Shown: one piece after another, positions 51,907 to 64,000 of the stretch
How the letters are laid out: every line of letters starts with the position of its first letter
Position numbering within the stretch: the stretch's first letter is position 1
Assembly (NCBI GenBank): GCA_050273025.1
Contig: CP158635.1
Span: forward strand, 6,758,001-6,822,000
Length of the DNA stretch: 64,000 nucleotides
Direction of reading: 5' to 3'
DNA from: Cenococcum geophilum
Lineage: Eukaryota
Made by a program: the position numbers and the translations under genes
The notes under the pieces: model-generated
The model's database searches: none
The model's input: the letters and a program-made list of their open reading frames with translations, nothing else
Told to the model about the DNA's origin: nothing

Positions 51907-53012
51907 TAAGGAGAGATATAAATGGGTTAGTTAAGATAGTATAAAAGGTACTAAAAGCGATTAAGCTATAAAATAAGGGGTAGTTAAGTTATACAGCTAG
52001 TTATATTATAGGTTTAGAATGTAAAAATATAGGAACGTAGGAATATAAGACGTACTAATATACTTAGTACATTTCTTAGGCGCAGTATTGTATATTTAAA
52101 GGACCTCAGTCTCTACCTAAATAGTTCTCTTCTTTATAGTAAATCTTAGACTATAATTAGAGTTAATCTATTAGGTAACCTACTCTACTAGTTATATTTA
52201 TATTATTAATTTAACCTATGCCTATATACCTAGCCCATTAACAAGTCTATCGTAGTATTTCCTATAAGGCTTCGTTATAAAGAGATATCTTCTATACTAT
52301 TTTTAATGTAAAAGTAAACCAGAAATATAATGGAAAGAAAGCTATTAGGCGCTACTATTAGGAACTAGACCTAATAGGCCTACTATATAGATATAATAAG
52401 GTTTAGGTGCTATAAGAAGTAAATATAATAGAAGATTTTTATAAAGAATTATAATAATCCTCTAGGCGGCTACTATAGTTAAGCTAAGATAGTAAAATTA
52501 ATTTAGTGTAAATACTATTGGCTAAAGCTTAAATAGGAAGTAAAGGAGTATATTAGCTATTACGAGAAGTGTTAAGTATATAAAATCTATAGGCAAAAGC
52601 CATAGGGTCTTCTTAAATTAGTTCCCTCTATTAGCAAGCTATAGCGATATTACGCTATAGACTTTATTATAGATCCCCCGCTATCTAAAGATGGCTAAGG
52701 ATAAATATATAATTTAGTCCTTATACTTACTAATAGGGCTTTAAAGTGCGTCTAATACCTTTTTATTAATAAGACAATTAATATATAAGCGCTTACTAAC
52801 ATAATTAAGGAGAAATGCTTTCTTAAAGTAAACTAACCGCACTCTATTATTACTAATAAGGGCAGCGTCTTTATAAGCTAGTACTAGTTAGATTTATACT
52901 TTTATTTAAAAATAGACTACTATTATAGTATAGCCTTTTATCTATAAATAGACGAGTAAATAAAATGTTAAAACTAGGAACTGAAGTTTTACCTATAAAT
53001 ATATTTAAACTA

Positions 53013-53226
53013 CGGAGGTGCGTTTTAAAAGTGTTTGCCGGCCCTGCCTAGGTTAAGCCTAAAGAGCCTATATATAGCCAAAAACTAGGCGCATTTTAAG
53101 CCGGTTCTGGGGGACCTTAGGCGCTATTAGGCGGCTTTTAGCCCGTTGCCCTACTAACCTTAAGGCAGCTACCGCCTATAAGACCGCCTAATAAAGGGCG
53201 GTAAAGACTTTTGAAACGTACCTCCG
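53013..53226. mobile_element. Tc1/mariner-type MITE, 20-bp TIRs, TA TSD
   Basis: TA|cggaggtgcgttttaaaagt...acttttgaaacgtacctccg|TA. Removing it restores the integrase frame LNY*QDN. Confidence 0.9.
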
Positions 53227-53499
53227 TACTAGCAAGATAATTAGTATAGGCTACTTCTATACGTAGAGTACGCTTATAATTTAAAGTAATATATATTATA
53301 TAAGTATATACTAATCTAGATTACCTATAGCGTCTAACTATTTAGGTTTAATAGTATACCTAGTAATTACTAGCTAAGGCCGTATAATTAATTATAGGAT
53401 CTTACTAGGAAGTTTAAAGATATCTATTAAAGAGTATAAGGATACCTCTAGGAATAGGAGGAGTAATAAAAGTATATAAAGTAGAGCCTATAAGATGCC

Positions 53500-56400
53500 T
53501 ATCACGGCACTAACCTAACGCGTTATTATAGCTTGTATACGCGTATGCATAGGCACGGACCTAACCCCTATATTAGCGACTTAGTCAATTAAGGCATAAG
53601 CACGGCAAGAGGAACGCGTAAGCCTATACGATTAGTAGTCTATAATCGAAGATCTAAAGCTAAAAAAAGGAAAGGAGACGGAGGGCGGCGCCGCTTAACA
53701 TTATATACGATCCTCTAGTTACGTAATAGTAACTGTCTAGAACTATATAAAACTATCTACGACTATTTATAACTATCTGTAACTATTTACAACTATCTGC
53801 TATAATCTACTAATATCTATTAGCCACAATCCACCAGTTTCCACTAGTGCCGTAATATTACCCCCCCCTCTAAAAAAGCCTGCCCTTAGGCTTTATACGT
53901 CCGTATTATATCTATAGGGTATTCTTATTTTTATACTTAATAGGCAGCTTATTATCTTTGCTATTTTAGCACTTTATCTACTTATTAAGGTACTTTAGGA
54001 GTCTGGGTTTATTAGGATAATAACTATAAAATTCCTAAAGCTTATAGGGGCTACCTATAAAGTTCTATATAGGGTACTAAGTAGGGTCTAGGTTGTACCC
54101 TTTCTAACTAATATAATATTTTAACGTTCCCCTTATAAGCTTATAGGTTAGTATTTCTTTAATTTCCTATTTATTGTCGCCGTTGGCTTAGATCGGTAGG
54201 GGAAGTTTATTCTTTTATCTAGGTAATAGGTTATTTATAGCTTTCCGTGGTTTATCCAAAGAGAAAATAGGGTAAACTTTAATTAAATCTGGGAGCTTTA
54301 CTTTATATGCGTTACTTATCTTTTTAAAAACCTTATACGGTCCTACTATCTAATAGTCTAGCTTACGGCTAAGTTATTCCGTCTTTTAGTTCTTTATTAT
54401 AACCTAGACTATATCTCCTATAGCAAAGTCAGGCTCTTGCCTATACTTATTTGCTTACTATTTATTAATTTCTAGGCCTTTTCTAGATTTATATAGGCTA
54501 CCGTTTAGGCTTTTTTTAAGCGCTTAGCGTACTACTAGGCTTCCTTATAAGATAGTTTTTTGCGTATAGTCCAGGGTCCTTCTAGTCTTTCCTAGTTAAA
54601 GCTTATATAGGGTAAATAGCCCATTTCTAGCTGGATAGGGGCAAATCCTATAAAGTTATAAGGTAGGGTCGCTTAGGTGTAGTCTATTAGGGGTAGCAGT
54701 TTAACCTAGTTATCTTAGAAGTAGTTAATAAAGGGCCGAAGTATCTAGTCTAAGTATTAATTTATAATTTCCGTCTAACCATCTATTTAGAGGTAGTATA
54801 CTATAGAAAGCTTTAGCTTAATGCCTAAGATCTAGGTAAACTTATTCTAAAAAGCTAAAATAAATTACGGCCCGTAATCGGATATAATAGTATCTAGTAG
54901 TCCGTAAATTTGGTAAATATAGTAGATATATAGTTAGGCCGCCTCTTTAGTATTAATATTCTTATAACAGGGGATTAAGAACGGGCGCTTACTAAAGCGG
55001 TTAACTAGGATTATAACTATATCGTATCCGTTACGGTCTGTAGGTTGTTTATAAAAGTCTATAGAGATATACTACTAGGGGCGTTCTGGTATTAGGAGTA
55101 GTTTTAATAGTCCTAGGGTTTTATCTTATAGAATTATAAATCTATAGCAGTTAATATAGTTCCGTATATAGCAGTTAATATTTATAGCTATTTTAGGCCA
55201 GTAGTAGCGGTTGCCAATAATCTTACAGGTCTTATTTTTTCTAGGGTAGGCCGTAGAGACCTAGGTATAAGCTTTAGTAATAAGCCGGGTCCGTAAGTTC
55301 TGTTTCTTAGCTACTACTAGCAGTTCCTAATGCTTAAGTAGTCCGTTTTAAGGGACTATAGGCTAATAATATTCTTTATCTTTTTGCGGTACTCTTATAG
55401 AGAGGGGGTCGTTTAGTTAGCCTATAGTAGTTTATTAATAAGGTTAAGTTTAAAGAAGTTAATAGAATATATCTTGGCGCATAAGAAGTCTATACTTAGT
55501 TCTGCCCATATTTAGGGGTTAAGGTATTCTGGTTATAGTAGCGTCTAAGTCTATAATAAGATCTTTACAGCCGTCTAATTATCTAGGTCTTACTTACGCC
55601 TTATAAGAGCGTCCGCACGGTTTATAGCGCCTAGTCTATATATAATTAAGAAGTTAAATTAAGATAGGGTATCCGCCTAGCGTGCCTACTGGGCCGTAAG
55701 GGCCTTATAATCTAAAACTACCTTAATTAGCTTAGGGGTCCCCTCTAGCTATATATACTAGTGCTAGAAGCTAGAGATAATAGCTAGTATTTCTTTATTA
55801 TAGATATAGTAGTTTAGCTTAGCATCTATTATAGTCTTTAAATAGTATATAATAGGGTGCTACTCTCTATCCGGTTACTTCTAGGAAAAAACACTAGCTA
55901 TTGCGCCGTTTAAGGTATTAGTTTCTAGTATTAAGGGCCGTTCTAGGTTAAAATAGATAAGTAGGGGAGCCGATACTAGCCGTTTCTTAAGCTTATTAAA
56001 GGCCTACCTATATATAGCGTTAAAGTAAAAGGGCTGGTCTTTTTTAGTAAGACGGTTAAAAGGCTAAGTAATCCTACTATAGTTCTTAATAAAGCGTTAG
56101 TAGAAGTTACAAAAACCTAAAAATAATTGCACCCCCTTTATGGTCCGTAGGGGTGCTCACTAGTTAATTACGGCCGTTTTCTCTAGATTGGTTTTAATTT
56201 TATTTATACTAATAATAAAACCTAGGTACTTTATACGCTTAATACTAAACTCTAACTTCTTAATATTAACCTAGAGGTTAGCCTCGTAGAGCTATTATAG
56301 GACTTTATAGACGTGCTCCTTATATTCTAGCTTATTCTTAGAGTAGATTATAATATTATCTAAATAGGCCGTATAGAAGTCGTTAAGGTAGTTAAAGAGT

Positions 56401-59400
56401 ATATCGTTTATATACCGCTAGTACGTAGCTAGTCCGTTAGTTAGTCTAAAAGGGAGTACCTTATATTTATACGTTCCGTAATAGGTCTAAAATATAGTAA
56501 GATCTTTAAACCTAGGGTTTATCCTAATTTGGTAAAAGGCCTAGTGGATATTAAGCTTTATAAAGACCTTAGCTTTACTTATTTAGGCTAGAGTCTTATT
56601 AAGTAGGGGCAGCGGATAGCGGTTCTTGCGGGTTATATTATTTAGCTTATAGTAGTTAATACAGAAGCGGAATCCTTTATTTAGCTTTTTAATAAAGAGA
56701 ATAGGCGAGGTAAGGGGGGCTTAGCTAGGCTTAATAAAGCCCTTATTTAGGTTATTAATAAAATACTACTTTATAGCCTATAATTTAGTAATAGACTGCT
56801 TATAGAGGGGGCTAAAGCTAAGGGTATTTTCCTTACCCTGCTTAATTTTAATCTTATAGTTATATAGTTAGTAAGGTAGAAATATATTAGACGCTGCTTT
56901 AAAGAATACGTCCTTAAATTTCTAGTATTAATAGGGCAGCTTTTATTCTACTAGTTCCTTATCCGTAAGCTTACTTCCCTTTTCCTTAATTATTTGATTA
57001 ATTTTATATAAGCTTATTATAAAGGTGACGGTATTAGGCTAAACTAAGTTCTGGTGGAATTCTACGGCACTAATATAGCAGATATTAACTAGTAGGAGGT
57101 CTACTAGTTTCCTTATAGCTATTTTCCGGACCGTATTTTATAGTCTAGGGTTTGTAATCTTTCTTAGCTCCTATTTTATTTTCTATAGATTATCCCTTTA
57201 ATTTATTAGTTTAGTATAACGTCTAACGTTTCTTATTATTCTTTATAGCTATATAGGGCCTAAGCTCTCTGTAGGGGGATTTTTTAGGTCACTACTAACT
57301 TTCTAGGTCTTTAATGCGGGTAGCGTAATATAGGTAGTCTAGGGGTAATATAGTATATAGATCTGTTGCGAATTAAGCTATATATCTTTCTTAAAGGCCT
57401 AATCCCTACGTATAGTATTAGCCTAGTAAATAGTATTAATCTAGGGCTATATAAGGTTTTCTATTATAATACTAATTTCTTTTATAAAGGAAGGGGTTAA
57501 GGGTAGGGTTTTAGGCCAGATAAGCCGTCTACTCTATATATTAAGCTATAAGCCTAAATAGGCTAGCTATTTTCGCCCTAAGATTATATTATAGCTACCT
57601 AGGTCTATAATAAGGAAGGGGATATTATACTACCTTTGTTTATTAACACGGAGGTAAATTCATAAAATAGTTATAATAGGTGGCCCTATCCGCCCGTTAT
57701 ACCTACGAATAGGAATTAGTTTAGGTAGTTCTTTAGTAGGTATATTTAGAAAGTTAGCCAGCTTTACGGTATACTGGGTATCTATTAAGGTAAAGGCATT
57801 TACTTTAAAGTTAGCTAAAGTAGAGGTTAAAACTTAGTATTTATTACGGAATAAAGTATAAGGGATAGTGTAGCTTTTTCTACTAACTAGCCGACCTAGA
57901 TTAATATCTAATATATTAATCCCTTTTAACCCTAGAGAGGAGCCTTCCTTTAGGGTTCCTCTTTTTTTAATTCCGCGTTATTCTTCTAGATTAATAAAAC
58001 CTTGTCTATTTTTACGCCTATTAGGTAATCCTTTATATAGTAACCTTTTTAACCATAAAAGAAGTAAGCTCCTTAATTACTAAGGGCCTATATATAGGGG
58101 TTACTATATATAGGCTAAGCATTCGCCGGACCTATAGTAGGACTAGCCGTATAGCTAGCTGCTAAATTAGCAGTAGGCTATATAGGTGGTACTATAGGGG
58201 TTACTAATCGTGCTAGGGTATTACGGGCTGTTCTTATATTATTTATAGTCTAATTTAAAGGGTTTCTAGCTTTATACCGTTTGGCGTATACCTTAATTCG
58301 GCAGAGGCCTTAGTTAATAGCTAAGCACTAATCCGTAAGTTCCTTTAGCGTCTATATAGTAGTAAAAACTAGCAGTATAGCTTACTATAGGTCTAGGGTA
58401 AGCTTATTAAATAGGTCTAGTATTAGATCTTTCTAGGGAATTTAAGCTTGGCTAGCTAGGTGCAGAAAGTGGGTTTAAAAGGCTAAGAAGGTCTCTATCG
58501 TTTTTATATTTAGGCTTTTATAATTAAGTTAGGCGTTTTATACTTTAAAGGGGTCCTTATAAATAGAAGACAGGTAGATAATTATCTCTTCTTTAGAGAG
58601 GAAGGGATCTGCTAAGTCCTATACGTACTAAGGACGTAGGTGCGTCTATATATCTCTACCGGTACGGCTAAAAACGTAGGCCATTTTAGCCTAAGTAGTA
58701 GGGAAGTAGTCCGCATTAACTTTAAGCTTATCCTATAATTAAAGCTTCTAATTATTAAATATAGGGTTAGTTCCATCTATAAGCAATAAAGAGTCTATAA
58801 CCTTTACGGACCGCAATAATATTAATACTATATATTGGGCTAGAGCCTTAAGGACTATAGTAAGTCTCTAGGTATAGGGGGTTCTCTAGCTTTAAGTAGC
58901 TCTTAAAGTTATTTAATTTCGGTATTAGCTACTATAAGCCCTACCTAGGAGTTTAAGTTAGTTGCTATTTTACTATTAGAGGTATTTAAGGGTCCTATGG
59001 CTGCTTTACCGGCTACTGTATTTCTTAGCATCGTAATATAGTTATTAAGGTAACTTTTAGTAGGATTCTATAGGGGTTCTAGTCTATACGTGTTCTATAG
59101 ATCTTATTATTCTTTTTTATTCTTTTAGTTTTGTTTTATTTTTTAAGTTTTAGTAATTGTTTTTAGGTCTACTTCTATGTTCTATTCTTATTTATAGTCT
59201 ATAAATATTTTTAAGTTCCTTTTTAGGAAGAAGAGGTAGTTAAGCTTTAGATAATATTAGCGACTTAGTTAATTAAGGCACGAGTATAGTAAGAGGGACA
59301 CGTAAGCCTATATAATTGGTAGTCTATAAATAAAGATCTAAAGCTAGAGAAAGAAAAGGAGACGGAAGGCGGCGCCGCTTAACGTTATATACGATCCTCT

Positions 59401-59662
59401 AGTTACGTAACGGTAACTGTCTAGAACTGTATAAAACTATCTATAACTATCTGCGACTATCTACGACTATCTATAACTGTCTGCTATAATTTACTAATAT
59501 TTATTAGCTACAATCTACCAGTTTCTACTAGTGCTATAATACCCTAACCGACACGTATATATACCGCCTTACCTCCTACATAGCTCCTCACACGACATCG
59601 TTTATTAATAATATACAGTCACCTTATACATTATACCTTAATAGCCGGCACATACTATAACA
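53500..59662. mobile_element. Solo LTR (~187 bp: 53500-53570 plus 59547-59662), TSD ATGCC, split by Gypsy D
   Basis: atgcc|tatcacggcac ... catactataaca|atgcc. Confidence 0.8.
53571..59541 (-). mobile_element. Gypsy D: full-length Ty3/Gypsy chromovirus, 287-bp LTRs (53571-53857, 59255-59541), TSD CCCTA
   Basis: Direct LTRs, TSD and a PPT (C-run at ~53861) are present. The gag starts at ~59031. RT (YKVLPFRLTNGL, AYLDNIIIYS), RNase H, integrase and chromodomain follow. Confidence 0.95.
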
Positions 59663-60406
59663 ATGCCTAAGAGTAGTAAAGACTCTAGTATAACTATAAA
59701 CACTAAAATAAGTATTTTAGAGTAGGCGATAAGGTTATATTACGTTTAACAAATATTAAAACCTATTAACTATTAAGCTAGCCTACTATCTCTAGCTACC
59801 CTATCTATAGCCTATATATATCTAGTATTTTATATAAACCTACTAAAGCTATAGTATAGACTACCGCTAAAAAAGAACTTCCGTTTAGGCCTAATTAAAT
59901 ACCCTAAAGTAGTAGGTAAGTAGTATAAGGTTAAAGCTATACTATACTATAAATCTATTAAGAATAAGCTTTACTATAAAGTTAAATAGCTAGACTAGCC
60001 TATTAAGGACTTTATATAGGAACTAGAGGATTACCTTAATTATTATAAAGATATTTTAAAAGAATATTAGGACTACGGTCTATAATCCATAAATTATAAA
60101 AAGCGCTCTAATACTATAGTGTTATTACAACCTATAAAGAAAGCTTGTAGTAGGCCATAAAGAGGCTTTAAAGAGTAAGAAATAGGCTAAATCGGATATA
60201 AAATGGATAGGCTTTAGAAACTATTGGGATAGGGCTATAGCCTTTATATATATAGTATAGAATTAATAGGGCATTTTGCTATAATTGTATTTCTATTAAT
60301 TAATTTATACCAAGAATATTATTCCTAGGGCTCCTAAGCCCTTTTTAAAAGCCTTTTAAGGCCTTCTTAAGTACCTAATTAAGGTCTTTAATTACTACTA
60401 TATATA

Positions 60407-60588
60407 GAGCACCATAGGCGACTCGCAGGCGCTAAGCAGGCGAGTCCCAAAAGGCGGGGAGATAGATCGCGGGGTTTTCTCATTTTTCTTAAATAGAGTT
60501 TTCTCCCCACATGTAAATAAGGAGTAGTCCGCGTGGGCCCAATAGGGATCCGAATCGGACGTTAAGCAATGAATTATTATTATTATTA
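60407..60588 (+). mobile_element. 5'-truncated LINE/SINE 3' end (182 bp), (ATT)n tail, 18-bp TSD TAATTACTACTATATATA
   Basis: The TSD copies are at 60389-60406 and 60589-60606. The last ~80 nt resemble the 3' end of the 50893-51906 element. Confidence 0.85.
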
Positions 60589-60639
60589 TAATTACTACTA
60601 TATATAAGAATAAATCCCAAATACCTAATCTAAAAAGCC

Positions 60640-61552
60640 ACTATGCCTTATCCTTAGGAGTAGGATTAGTATCTATTAGCCCTTTAAGGGATAGCTAATA
60701 AGAATAAGATCTAGACCCCTTAATAGGGGTATAAGTAGGCATAAAAACAGGGGTAGGATAATAAGATGTAGCAGAAGTAGAGATTCTTAAACGCTTAGCA
60801 CTAATATTAGGTCTAAACTAATACTAATAAAGCTCTGAGGGCGTTAGCCTATAGTTAATAAAGATATATTTAAGCCTAAAATAAATAGAGATATTAGCTG
60901 GCTAGTATAGTCTAGAACCACTAAGACCTTACTATAGTAACTATTAGTTACCTATCCGCTAGGTACCTAAAAAGTAACCTACCTAATAACGTATTATATT
61001 ATGCTCTTTAAAACTTAATATATATACGTAAACTTCTTTCTATAGTAGATGGCAACCTTCTTCTTATTACCCCTATTCTTTACCCTATCCTTAATATACT
61101 AGCCTTACTTTTATATTAGGCGTTATTAGCTAGCTTGCTAGAAATTATAGGTAGTATAAATAGCTGTAATATAGTCTTAAATTTAACTAAGTTATTTAGT
61201 ATTTACGCTAAAATAAGAGAGAGTCTAGGCAATATAATAGTTAAGAATATTAAAGGAACGTTGCTACTTAGGCCCAGGTTATTAAAGCTTAAAGTTAGTA
61301 ATAAAAATCTATTAAAATTAGAAAAGCTTACCTTAATATAACTACTGCTTTTAGTACGCATATATCAATTATAAGGACTGAAGGTATTAGATTTTTACGT
61401 AATACGTCTTATTATAAGCCTCTAGAATCCTTTTATTAGATTTCTAGTCTTTTAAAAGCGTATAGGTAAAATTATTTAGGTAGGATTAGCACCAGTTATA
61501 GGTTAGCGAAGGTTAGGGTTCTATATATAAAGGTAGGGCTAAAATACGCTAT
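60640..61552 (-). pseudogene. Unknown intron-containing ORF, probably an antisense accessory ORF of Gypsy E
   Basis: A long frame with only RIP-type stops (AYFSPTF..KKVAIYYRKKFTY) and a GTAGGT..CTAAT..TAG intron near 60932-60982. Confidence 0.4.
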
Positions 61553-61906
61553 TAAATTTACTTAGAAGAGCAGTTAGTAGAAAATTAAAGAGGTATATTA
61601 AATTAATAATAAAAAGAAGAAAATCTTAATAATATATTAAAGATACGTCTAAATTAGATAAAGGTTAATAATAGGAAGTAAGGTATTAAGGAAAAGGATT
61701 AAGCTTAATAAGTAAGGTATCTTTATACTTTACTTTCTAATACCCTTTTAGTAAATAGCTGTAACCTTACTAATATAACTCCGTTATAATAGCGTTATTT
61801 AAAAGGAAGGAAATACAAGTATATATTACCTAACTATTATCTCCTTATAAAAAAACTAATTACGTAACTAGGGGAAGGCAACTAAAACGTTAATTAAAGA
61901 CGCATA

Positions 61907-62333
61907 ATGTGTTTTATAAGCGAGCTGCCACCCTAAGCGAGCCGCCACCCTTAAAACCCCACCAAAAACCCAAAAATCCACACCTTAATATCTTAACAAC
62001 CACTTAATAATAAATTCTAATAATTTAGATTTAGACTTTTATATATACTTTATAGCTTCTATTAAAGTTCTATAGTAAATAGTTAAGTAGTTTTTAAGAT
62101 ATATTGATTTGGCCTTAATTTAGCCCCTAAATTAGGCCAAATTAATATATCTTAAAAATTACCTAACTATCTACTATAGAACTTTAACAGAAGCTATAAA
62201 GTATATATAAAAGTCTAAATCTAAATTATTAGAATTTATTATTAAGTGGTTGTTAAGATATTAAGGTGTGGATTTGTGGGTTTTTAGTGGGGTTTTAAGG
62301 GTAGCGGCTTGCTTAGGGTGGTAGCTCGCTTAT
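61907..62333. mobile_element. Fold-back element made of two head-to-head Fot1/Pot2(pogo)-like termini; the right TIR is interrupted by Copia 2
   Basis: A ~210-bp-arm palindrome centred at ~62125. The ends carry taagcgagctgccaccctaagcgagccgccaccc and are preceded by TA. Confidence 0.8.
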
Positions 62334-64000
62334 TGTTGGGAATACAGGTAAGTTGCTATTACGTAAGGCAAGTTGCCGTCACGTATCGCCGCGGCACTAG
62401 CGTAGCGAGGAGCCTTAAGCTCCTCGCCCTTCCTTAAGTAGAAGGGATATAGAATAATAATTATTATACTACCTACAACTTATAGATACGTAATATTACC
62501 TTATATTACTAATACTAATTAGTAGTTAACTTTACTATTATACTATAGAATAGCTAGGTATTCTACTAAGAAGAAATAAGCTACTATACCAGTGCTACTT
62601 ATACTAGAGGAAGCTGTCTTTTAAGGTTAGAACTGGTCCTAAACCTTAAATAGAACTCTTTTACAAATTTAAGGATCTAAAAGGCCAGAACTGGTCCTAA
62701 GCCTTTCCCAGATTATAGATTCTTGTGTTTATTACGCAGAATAATATACCTTATAAGTCTTCGCGATTTAAGGCTAGAACTAGTCCTAAGCCCTATAATT
62801 ATAGATTTTTATTACAAACGCGTACTAAACAAGAATCCCTATACTAATAATACTTCCCTTTCTTTGAAAATATGGCTACTCTAAACAACTAGAAAGACTT
62901 TTTACTACTAGGGGTAGCTATATACGCGAAACTTATTAATAAAGATTAGGACGAATTTGCCTTTAATATAATAACTTATACCGCAAAACAAGTTAATAGT
63001 TTTCTCCTGCACTATATTCTATTTTACTAAGATAAATACTACGCCGATTTATAACTGTGGGAATATTTTAGGGAGGATTTTATAGGATAGACCGCCGATA
63101 CCTAGGCACTTGGAAATATTAATATTATTTAAGATTTCTAAGACTTCCTTTATAGGAATGGGGTATACGTTACTAAGAACGGTAACCCAGTTACTAGTAA
63201 TATTTAGGCCGTTATTATTAGCATAGAAGAACCGGTATAGATAAAAGCTAAGATTATATATTAACTACAGAAACCTAAAACTAACCCATATTCTTTAAAA
63301 GGTAACTTTAATTTGTATTAAAACCCCTAAAACGCTAATCTTCTACCTAGAGGTACTCTCTTACCTAGAGGTGCTCTCCTACCTAGAGGTACTCTTCCCC
63401 TACCTCCGCCGCCTCTAACTTCTCTACTTTAGCTAACCGGTAAGCCTTTACTATAAGAAGTCACGAATCTAATAAAGGTATATTTGGACGAAGAGAAGGA
63501 GTTTAGAGAAGAACTATATAACATACTCGGAATAAAACTATAGGTCTTTTATAACTATTGCAGTAAGGTTAAAATCTAATGCTACTAGTTTTATTATGCT
63601 TTCTTAGTTATATTAAAGGGACGGGCAGCGATATTTTATTACGACTATATTACGGGTAGAAACTATAGCTTTAACGTAATGCTTTAGCTTATTAGAGCCT
63701 ACTTTAAGACTAATAAAAACTGTTAACTTTATATATCTAAATAGCGGGAGACTATATTCTAAAGAGTTATCGCTTTTAACTTAATAAAGACTTATTTAGA
63801 GTGCCTTTAACTACTTTTTAATAAACTTTAGAAAATCCAATGTGGCCTTACTAAAACTTACTAAAATAAGAACAGTCTAAGGGACTAGGTTATTTTAGCC
63901 TGCCGTGGCGTTCCTAAGTGTAATTTAGCGCTATATAAACCTATAGATATATTTAAAGGAGTATATACCAAGCTACGCTCCGCTGTAGGTACTGCGATAT
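62334..64000 (+). mobile_element. Copia 2: 5' LTR (62334-62514) and gag of a relative of Copia 1, runs off the window
   Basis: The LTR shares ggcaagttgccgtcacgt..gcggcactagcgt..aggagcc with Copia 1 and has the same post-LTR ctaattagt(a/g)gtt. The gag is homologous (GELYNIL..KL*VFYNYC, MLKG..A..FYY). Confidence 0.9.

Larger units (their letters stand above)
21311..52279 (+). mobile_element. Gypsy A: 5'-truncated Ty3/Gypsy chromovirus acting as host of the nest (segments 21311-21836, 29820-31107, 37249-38133, 45511-47968, 50155-50892, 51922-52279; 3' LTR 50843-52279)
   Basis: The segments join into one pol (protease, RT, RNase H, integrase, chromodomain) colinear with Gypsy B once the inserts are removed. 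A polypurine tract (PPT) ggaagggggtag precedes tgttatag at 50843. The LTR 3' half matches the Gypsy B LTR and ends cgttata at 52279. Confidence 0.9.
52280..60180 (+). mobile_element. Gypsy E: 3' part (integrase + chromodomain) of an older Gypsy related to Gypsy C, interrupted by a MITE, a solo LTR and Gypsy D
   Basis: NYNNPLGGYY..KYYWLKL..YAIDFII..IITNKGSVFIS*Y..AFYL*IDE*IKC*N*EL..LNY/QDN. The chromodomain YKVKAIL..YYKVK*LD*PIKDFI*EL lies at ~59920-60060. It starts immediately after the Gypsy A LTR. Confidence 0.85.

Noticed and set aside
50888..60590. Apparent TIR-bounded, integrase-only element (Ginger/Maverick-like)
   Set aside because: The 'TIRs' are the 3' tails of two independent non-LTR insertions in opposite orientation, each with its own TSD. 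The lone integrase is the right half of Gypsy E, cut off by the Gypsy A LTR.
333..61341. Most ORF-track entries as real genes
   Set aside because: They are antisense or off-frame shadows of pseudogenes, LTRs and MITEs. Only 428-661(-) and 16159-16377(+) are in-frame fragments of the kinase pseudogenes.

Overview
This is AT-rich, heavily RIP-mutated DNA (excess TpA, depleted CpA/TpG) from a filamentous ascomycete, and I found no intact gene in it. The left third (1 to ~21.3 kb) is the captain end of a degenerate Starship-type giant transposon on the minus strand. It has an intron-containing DUF3435 tyrosine-recombinase captain pseudogene (18.3-20.9 kb) followed by RIP-killed cargo: FunK1-type fungal kinases, another kinase-like fragment, a BTB/POZ gene, Myb-like and chromo-like genes, and repeat-rich orphan genes. 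Its boundary abuts the middle of a Ty3/Gypsy pol region. The right two-thirds (21.3-64 kb) is a nested stack of mobile elements, most with readable target-site duplications (TSDs). It holds five Gypsy elements, two Copia elements, two solo LTRs, three MITE/fold-back DNA elements, an ORF1-only 'half-LINE' and a truncated LINE tail. It also holds a ~1-kb non-autonomous retroposon whose first nucleotide begins an HDV-like self-cleaving ribozyme fold. All translations were read by eye through RIP stop codons, so gene coordinates are approximate. TSD and LTR coordinates were read directly.
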